DNA of 64,000 bases from Octopus bimaculoides (lineage: Eukaryota). The notes under the pieces were generated by a model, which was given only the letters and a program-made list of their open reading frames with translations, was not told the origin of the DNA and made no database searches. Position numbers and translations under genes: made by a program. Position 1 is the first letter of the stretch; each line of letters starts with the position of its first letter. Location of the stretch: assembly GCF_001194135.2 (NCBI RefSeq), contig NC_068996.1:22154134-22218133 (forward strand), read 5' to 3'. Below are positions 57,301 to 64,000 of this stretch, piece by piece.

Positions 57301-60300
57301 GCTTGGCTCAGCTCAGAGTTATTGGAGAGTTATTTCCAAGATGTTACACAGTGTGAGTGAACCTGAAACCATGTTGTTGGGAAGTAAACTTCTTAACCAC
57401 ACAGCTATGCTTATGTCTATAAAGTAAAAAAGCAATATTTTCTTTAACTGCCAAAATATGAAGATATGACAGAGGAGGTGTCAGGTATATCAACTAAAAC
57501 GATCTCTTATCTTTCATTTGTTTCAATTGTTAAACTGTGGCCAAGCTCGAGCATGGACAGGTTTAGCTGAACAATCAATGCCAGTACATATTTTGTAAGT
57601 TTGGTACTTAACTACACACACACCCATACCTATAAAATGATTTAACATTCAAAACTGAAATTGATTTTTATTAATTCCAACAAAGAAATAGAAACTATTT
57701 TAACTGACCTTGGCAAGACAGCTGCATGAAATTTTCTGAAGATTTATAGCCATGAGACGAACTATTTGTGAAGCAAACATCAATACCCTGACCAAAATTG
57801 GTGGCACTGCTGATTATACGCTCTGGAGCGCTGTTCTTCCGTTGTTGTCGTAATAAATATTTAGTATTTTGGTTCTGCTTCATTAGTTCCAGCGATATAT
57901 TTCCTGACTGTGGTGTACCTGGCGACACATAATCACTGATAGTGCTGCTGACATATGGATGTTGCTTTTCTATAGCTTGCATACTGTTGCTGTTACCGAC
58001 AGCCACCGACTTTACCGATACTGGGGAGTTGGAACTGGCTGAAAGACTGTGACTTGATAATTTATCTTTCTCAGATGGGCTAGAATAGCTTCCACCACTG
58101 CTGCTAATTACAGTTGTATCTTCTTTGCAATTACTTTCAAAATGTTGTACCAGTTTGCTTATCTGGATTAAAAACAGAGAAATTAGAAATTTTGACTAAA
58201 ATTGTATACATTTAGCAAAAAATCTTTTAGAAAAATTAATAACTGAAACAAAGAATTTCAACATAATTATAGATTTAGGTAACACATAGATATTACAATT
58301 TGTGATTTCTCTATTTAAATTAAGTTCAATTTGGAAGAAATTTATTTCAGACAAGTTAGTCAAAAATCATCACAATACACTCACACACACAAAGTTAAGG
58401 ACGGTATAAGGACTATGAAGTCACTTGGAATAGATCCAGAGAACATAGAAACTCTTGATTTGGATCGAGCTGGATGGCAAACAAAAATGTGGAGTGGAGT
58501 GAAAGCATTTGAAGAGGCTAGGATAACACATGCAAGACTTCGAGATTTAAGGAAGAATGTTACAATCAAGACGGTGAATCACAATGACCTTTTTGTGTGC
58601 AAAGTTGGTGACAGACCATGCCTTTCTTTCGCTGGGCTCAAATTTCTTTGCTATTCTGCCTATATGTTTGTGTACACCTTTCAATGCAATGTATGCCAGA
58701 AGGTTTTGCTAATCTAACGGAGGCCTCAAAAGACATTTTAAAATCCACAAAGATCAGAACTTAACTGCAGCTCTTGGTGGTCCAAATTGGATATGCAATC
58801 TATATGGGTGTCTTTTCAAAACATTATCTGGTTTAAAAAGCCACATCAGATGCCATGATGGATCTAAGGTATAGATACAGGAGGTGGTCAAACTCTGCAT
58901 AAGGAGTAGACAACCGCCCTCACACACACACACACACACAAGTACACATGACTAGACATACACACATATGCAGATATACCATCCTCATCTGGCTGAGCTT
59001 GCTTCGACATTTCTAAGCCATGCATGTCATCCATCCCAGTCTTTCATTAGTTGAGGGAGGGCTTCAAGGAGGCATCCAGTATCCTCTGGTGAGCTGATCT
59101 ACATATGTTGTGTTTGGACAACCTGCTCAAGAGCAGCTATGCTTTGACATTCATAGCAGTAGATCAATCGCCAGCTCTATTTTACCTCACCAGCAACATC
59201 CTACAAAGTTCAAGTGCCTATCCTTCATGGAGAGAGACAAGTAGGTAGAGATCTTTTCTGTTGCAGTCACAGATTTTGAAATTTTAAAATTAATTGGAAA
59301 TCTTTGAATTTGATATAGTGATGTAAATTTTTTATGCTGGATCTGATGCTTTGATCTATTTATTCCAACTAAAATTTCAGAAAAATGTTACAGATGTTTA
59401 AAGTCCAATATTTTAGCCCAATCAGAAAAAAAAGATTTGGAAGCTAGCATTTTGTGTGTGATAGCTCTTTATCACCAAATGAAAGCAAACATTACAACAA
59501 GAAAGTTTTAAGCAAAATAAAAGCAATTACATGACATATGAAGAGAGATAATGGAGATCAGCACGTGCGAGAGATACATATACAGAGTAACAGTGACAGA
59601 GAGTGTGGTAAAAATATACATATAATTTAATATAATACATGTAAATTTATAACTTCATATCAAATTGTATCATATCGTATATATTTACCCATTATATGTT
59701 AAATCATAATGTATGTTTATATATTGTAATGTTTTAACTTAAATTGTCATATTTTTATACAACTTGGAAATTATGCATGTTTATAAATATTTTAAAATAA
59801 ATATTTTGAACATTCATGATATTTCTAAAGTTTATATCGTTATATATGCCTGTTTTTTTACCGTACTTTTTACACACTTTAGAGACTGAAAACTATAAAT
59901 TTATTTATTGATTCTTGAAGGAATTGAACACACACACTTCTTAAATCTTGCATTGGATATATGGTATTGTTTCTGTGGTCTTCCACCCTTATGTATCCAT
60001 TCTTACTGTATATATATATATATNNNNNNNNNNNNNNNNNNNNNNNNNNNNNNNNNNNNNNNNNNNNNNNNNNNNNNNNNNNNNNNNNNNNNNNNNNNNN
60101 NNNNNNNNNNNNNNNNNNNNNNNNNNNNNNNNNNNNNNNNNNNNNNNNNNNNNNNNNNNNNNNNNNNNNNNNNNNNNNNNNNNNNNNNNNNNNNNNNNNN
60201 NNGGGGGGGGGTTGTATAAGACAGAGAAACAGATAGATGGATATGGCAGATAGAGAGAACAAGATTTAATAATCTAAAAGTTGTTATTTCTTGTATCAAA

Positions 60301-61435
60301 TTATATTTTTTTATTAATATTTACAGAAAACCTGTTTGGGACACATTTCAAGAATGGAAATCTGTTTCCTTGAGGACACACCATGCACTCAATTATATTG
60401 CAGATATACGTATACACATATACATAAATGTGTGCACACACACACACACATACATGGTGAAGTATAACTGCATTAAAATATTCTCCTAGATAATATAAAA
60501 AATGGAAATACCGGCATATGAGATCTTTGGTTTGTAGTATTGGAGGCATTTGATTTTTCTTTGCTACCTGCAATTATACAAGAGAATTATCATCATTTAG
60601 ACAATAATCAATCATTTAGACAATTTCTGTACATATAAAATTTAAAGCAAATGTTTATAATTGTTACAATTACACTATATTTGTAATCAAATTGTTAACA
60701 GGGCAAATTAATCCATATGTGAAAGCTGCACCTGCTAACTTTATTAGAAGATCCTCGTGCTTTTCTAAGATGCCAAGGGTTCATAATCCAGCAGTTACCT
60801 ATGCAGCATTGTATCCCGGATAAAGACATTTAGTTTTGTTTTATAAGCAGGTACAACTTAACACTGTGTAAAAAGTCTTGTGAGAGAATTTGGTAGAGAG
60901 AAATCAAAGAAATTGTTTGTGCATGCAAGTGCATAAGCATGCACCCTCTCCTTGTTGTGACATAATGTGACAGTTGTAAATTAATATCTCAGCCATATAA
61001 AGCAGTGTCCTTCATTACCAATCTTCCACGGAAACATGTCCAGCTCTGAGGAAACATTATCTTGCTTGAAAACAGGTGAGGGCTCATGACAGAAAGAGTA
61101 TCCAGGAAATCTGCCTCAGCAAATTCTATTGGATCCATACAACTAGTATGGAAATTGAAATGATGATTGTTATTAATAGTGACACCAAATTTGAAGACTA
61201 AGACAGAATCATATGTTTACCTGAAAGCGACCGATCCCCACTGTCTTGGGAACTGCTTCGTGAATGGACTCCATCCTTCAAGTGTTGGTTATGCTCTAAA
61301 CTGTCTTTAGACCAACGATTTTCCTTATTTTCAGTCAATTTCACAGATGATGTCATCTCTCCAGATATTTCTGTAGGACCAGCTTCACACTTTTCAGGTG
61401 TTCTAATCTGACTAGGTGAAGACTTCACATCAGAT
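47065..61435 (-). CDS. SIPA1L1: Signal-induced proliferation-associated 1-like (SPAR-family Rap GAP), 3' part; spliced gene span
   Basis: Ten phase-consistent GT-AG exons. LEWSNLVNVATKAIE and LQDESQTAATELRRFTEWFFNIVD match recalled SIPA1L LDWSHLVDAAKAYE and LQEESQ.AS..L.KFTEWVFNTID. The GAP and PDZ domains lie outside the window, and paralog number is not meaningful for an invertebrate. Confidence 0.9.
48648..48735 (-). CDS. SIPA1L1: SIPA1L exon (SMSRTVVSNPQQIIKELEQKVQQTCNDLDK), phase 2-0
   Basis: tattcag|T acceptor, AAG|gtttgt donor; heptad-like sequence. Confidence 0.9.
51392..51485 (-). CDS. SIPA1L1: SIPA1L exon (STQMKNQKQSSEQ...QNKDK), phase 1-2
   Basis: ctctgcag|GT acceptor, AG|gtacgt donor. 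Confidence 0.85.
52979..53136 (-). CDS. SIPA1L1: SIPA1L exon (RLSPSVRSDK...LEWSNLVNVATKAIE), phase 2-1
   Basis: ttttcaaag|A acceptor, A|gtaagt donor; SPAR_C-type motif. Confidence 0.92.
53990..54350 (+). mobile_element. RTE-clade LINE fragment (post-RT region)
   Basis: ORF 54161-54346 MRRMERNEGSMLRWIC...LREKLGIRGI...QERRMCWFVH matches the RTE MLRW.C...LGI..I...RLRWFGHV motif. Confidence 0.8.
54750..54946 (-). CDS. SIPA1L1: SIPA1L exon (EGLYVQAVSTPLQRATSEESL...DPRD), phase 0-2
   Basis: cttgcag|GAA acceptor, AG|gtctgt donor. Confidence 0.87.
55793..56042 (-). CDS. SIPA1L1: SIPA1L exon (KNLSGRSSEESLSSKNRV...LQEDLLRLF...DKSP), phase 2-0
   Basis: ttttccaaaag|A acceptor (alternative CAG gives a start at 56031), CCT|gtgagt donor. 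Confidence 0.85.
56423..56579 (-). CDS. SIPA1L1: SIPA1L exon (EEMLSGIGSTSRKKMEH...SSSCSSSPRSSS), phase 1-2
   Basis: cactttcag|AA acceptor, AA|gtaagt donor, 157 nt open; not shown in the supplied ORF track. Confidence 0.85.
57709..58162 (-). CDS. SIPA1L1: SIPA1L exon (ISKLVQHFESNCK...FMQLSCQ), phase 0-1
   Basis: tttaatccag|ATA acceptor, G|gtcagt donor, 454 nt open, Ser-rich. Confidence 0.88.
58390..58940 (+). mobile_element. RTE-type LINE 3' end with three C2H2 zinc fingers, short 3' UTR and (CA)n tail
   Basis: MKSLGIDPENIETLDLDRAGWQTKMWSGVKAFEEAR followed by three C-x2-C-x12-H-x3-H-type units; stop at 58872-58874. Confidence 0.8.
58960..59230 (-). mobile_element. Second RTE-like LINE 3' end
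   Basis: Minus strand reads TYVDQL..DTGC..EALPQLMKD.DGW-like peptide (frameshifted), ending in a GAT-type tail. Confidence 0.55.
60512..60567 (-). CDS. SIPA1L1: SIPA1L exon (GSKEKSNASNTTNQRSHMP), phase 1-0
   Basis: aattgcag|GT acceptor, CCG|gtattt donor; reconciles the phases of both neighbours. Confidence 0.8.
61221..61435 (-). CDS. SIPA1L1: SIPA1L exon (SDVKSSPSQIRTPEK...SQDSGDRSLS), phase 2-1
   Basis: ttttattag|A acceptor, G|gtaaac donor, 215 nt open. Confidence 0.85.
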
Positions 61436-62049
61436 CTAATAAAATATAACAAACATTTATAATCAAGTATTATAATAATTAATTTTAATTTTCAATAATT
61501 ATTTAAGATGCAAAAATATATTTACAAGAAAAATAGCAATCACATGTAAATTATTGACTCTAGCAATATCTAAAATAAAAAAACAGGAACCAATAAAGAA
61601 AATATAACTGTTCTGGAATGGTGCTGATGTAACAACCAATAATGAAGATCATATCAAGGAAAATATTTGGAATAAGGTTGTAATCCATATTTGGAATCAA
61701 TTCACTTATTTCAAAAATACCATTAAGAATGACATTTACACACACAAAAAAAATTAAAAATTAAAAAAAGGGAGTAAAATTTGCTAGAATGTCTTGTTTT
61801 CTTTCTTTTTTTTTTCCTTCTTTAAATAACAGCAAATAGTTCAAAATAATATTTGAAATGAAGTCCAGTCATTTACACAGCCAACATTCTGGAAATAATA
61901 ATAATAATGTTAAATAATAAAATGATTACATGTCTCAAATGAAAAGACCAACCAACAACCTCTGTGGAGATTATATATATACATAAAAAGTTTTATACAT
62001 TTATTACTAACATATTCATGCACATTAGAATAAAAATGGAATTTACTAC

Positions 62050-62114
62050 AAGAAAAAATTTCCTCCATAGATTTCATGTGTTAAAACATCAACCATGCTT
62101 GTTTCACTTGTAGC
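62050..62114 (-). CDS. SIPA1L1: Possible SIPA1L exon (ATSETSMVDVLTHEIYGGNFFL), phase 0-2
   Basis: The phase bridges the 63253-63331 candidate to exon 61435, but the donor (TT|gtagta) is weak. Confidence 0.25.
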
Positions 62115-62253
62115 CTATCCATAGAGAGAAGTTTTACACCAAGAAAAAACCTCATAGCAAATGCCTTTCCTGTTTTAGCATGCAGGATAGCTTTAAAAAT
62201 AAATGTACACATCTATATTATAATGCTCAATAGTGTGTGTGGATATGTGTGTG

Positions 62254-62284
<31 letters not shown>

Positions 62285-62768
62285 GAATTTTGTCAAGAAT
62301 AAGGTTGACAAAATTAAGTTTTATAAATTTCTGATGATAGGAAAGGTTTCTTCTTGGAAAACCTGGAAGTTTGTCATATAATTTTTAAAACTAAAATTAC
62401 TTTATAACAAATGCGAGAAAACAGCAATCAATGATTTCTTTTTTATATATATTTTTCTTTATTATTAACCACAAAAAGAAAATGAAATTTTAAAAAAAAT
62501 CACTCTTTGATTGGAATAATTTGCTGTTTTCTTTAAACTTTTTGGATTTATTATTATTATTATAAAAATGATCATAACTTCATTGAGTTTAAATGAAATA
62601 ATCAAAGCAAAAGAGGAAAGTAGAGAGGAATATATTTGTAGACAGCTGCAGAACAAAGCTTTCTGTTACACTTCAACAACTTTTGTTACAAGCATGCAAA
62701 TTAGCTATTAGCTGTTTAATTTAAGTAGCATTTTGGGCACTTTTTAAATAATGCTTTTGAAACAGCAT

Positions 62769-62998
62769 TTAACCCTTTAGCATTCAGATTTCCCTGTCAA
62801 ATGTAAAGCTGATTTATTCATATTGATTTAAATTAATCATACATTATCTTGTACGCTTGAGATTTCAATGACGTGATTGTTTATTTTTTTAGAGTAATAT
62901 AGCAGGGTAAGTGAGAGAGGCCAGATCTGGCTGGTCTGAAGATAAAATAAGTATATTATTTTGGCCAAATATGGCTGGTTTAAATGCTAAAGGGTTAA
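62769..62998. mobile_element. piggyBac-type MITE family P1, copy 4 (best preserved)
   Basis: TTAA TSD on both sides; CCCTTTAGCATT/AATGCTAAAGGG TIRs. Confidence 0.85.
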
Positions 62999-63252
62999 GG
63001 GAAATCTTAATGGAAAAAAAAATTTGTGATATGAATAAGTATGTTTATTTTGGTAAAAATACAAGGGGGGGGGGGAAATTAACAACTAACCTTTAAGTTC
63101 AATAATTACTTGGGCAAGTCAAAAGAGTGTTAGATTACAAACTGAAGAATCAGTGGTTAATAGCTTGTCAATGGTATTCTGCTATAATCAGGATATAATT
63201 TTTTTTAGATCAAACCCAATTACATATCTATAAGTATCATGTAGAGTTTTAC

Positions 63253-63331
63253 TTTATTCATAGAAGCTATGTGATCATCATAAAATGGACTGTCCTGAAT
63301 TCGAGAATCAAGCATCTTCCTAACAGATGAA
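63253..63331 (-). CDS. SIPA1L1: Possible SIPA1L exon (SSVRKMLDSRIQDSPFYDDHIASMNK), phase 2-0
   Basis: Long T tract then catcaag| acceptor, AAA|gtaaaa donor; needs an intervening exon to join exon 61435 in frame. Confidence 0.4.
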
Positions 63332-64000
63332 CTTGATGGGGACAAAAAAAAACAAAAAAACAAATTTGATTCAATTCATCACGCCTATGATTTAACTAAT
63401 GGTGTGTGGGGAGGGACTTTGCACAGTTGATTGACTTGCTAGAAATAGCAGCCAAATCTCCCCCAATTGTCTTAAAAAAAAAAGAACACTTTGTATAATG
63501 TAATCCTAGATACACTATATAAAAATAAAAAAATTTAAAAAAAAGACACCACTGGAATACCTGCTGATAAGATTTGGATGCTCAGAAGAGATTTGTCATT
63601 TTTGACAATATACTTTCGACAATTTACTAAACAATGCAATAATGACCATTTCTAATTGGTACCAATGAAAATTCTTTCATGTCCACAAAAAATAAAACAG
63701 ACAAAATTTTAATGGATGGGAGACTTAAGTAACACTTTATCCCTATTGTTATCATTTTATTTTGAAATACAATTTTTGTTTCAGTTAATTTTCAAAATAA
63801 TGAATTTAGTAAAGTAACTGTCATTTTGACGGAAGGTTCTAATCTAGATCACTTTCATCCTATTGTTGCCCTATTTCGGCTGAAATAACCGCCCTTGCTT
63901 TAATTAACTTTGAAAATAATGAAGAATTTAATCAAATAACTTTATTATCCATAATCTAGTACTTGAACATAACATGAAATTTTGGAAGAAGGATTTGGTT

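Overview
Eukaryotic, AT-rich, microsatellite- and SINE-dense genomic DNA with ten N gaps. The repeat families and intron style suggest a coleoid cephalopod, probably Octopus (inference). Two convergent intron-rich genes were assembled by hand with GT-AG junctions and consistent phases. On the + strand is the 3' half of TRAPPC11: 12 coding exons from 4010 to the stop at 24782, with one expected exon absent and probably inside the 13237-14005 gap. On the - strand is the 3' end of a SIPA1L/SPAR-family Rap-GAP gene: 10 coding exons from 61435 to the stop at 47065, recognised by its SPAR_C and coiled-coil C-terminus. Introns and the ~22 kb between the genes hold tRNA-derived SINEs, LINE remnants (RTE, R4/Dong, probably Penelope) and MITEs. 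The most notable observations are: an RTE-type LINE end with three tandem C2H2 zinc fingers; a head-to-tail SINE array in (ATT)n tracts containing an R4/Dong fragment; a pre-miRNA-like hairpin; an isolated tRNA-like Pol III unit; a palindromic MITE with a parent-like end nearby; and cryptic splice architecture in SIPA1L. No prokaryotic features or CRISPR arrays are present. No database searches were run, so family names come from recalled motifs and repeat boundaries are approximate.
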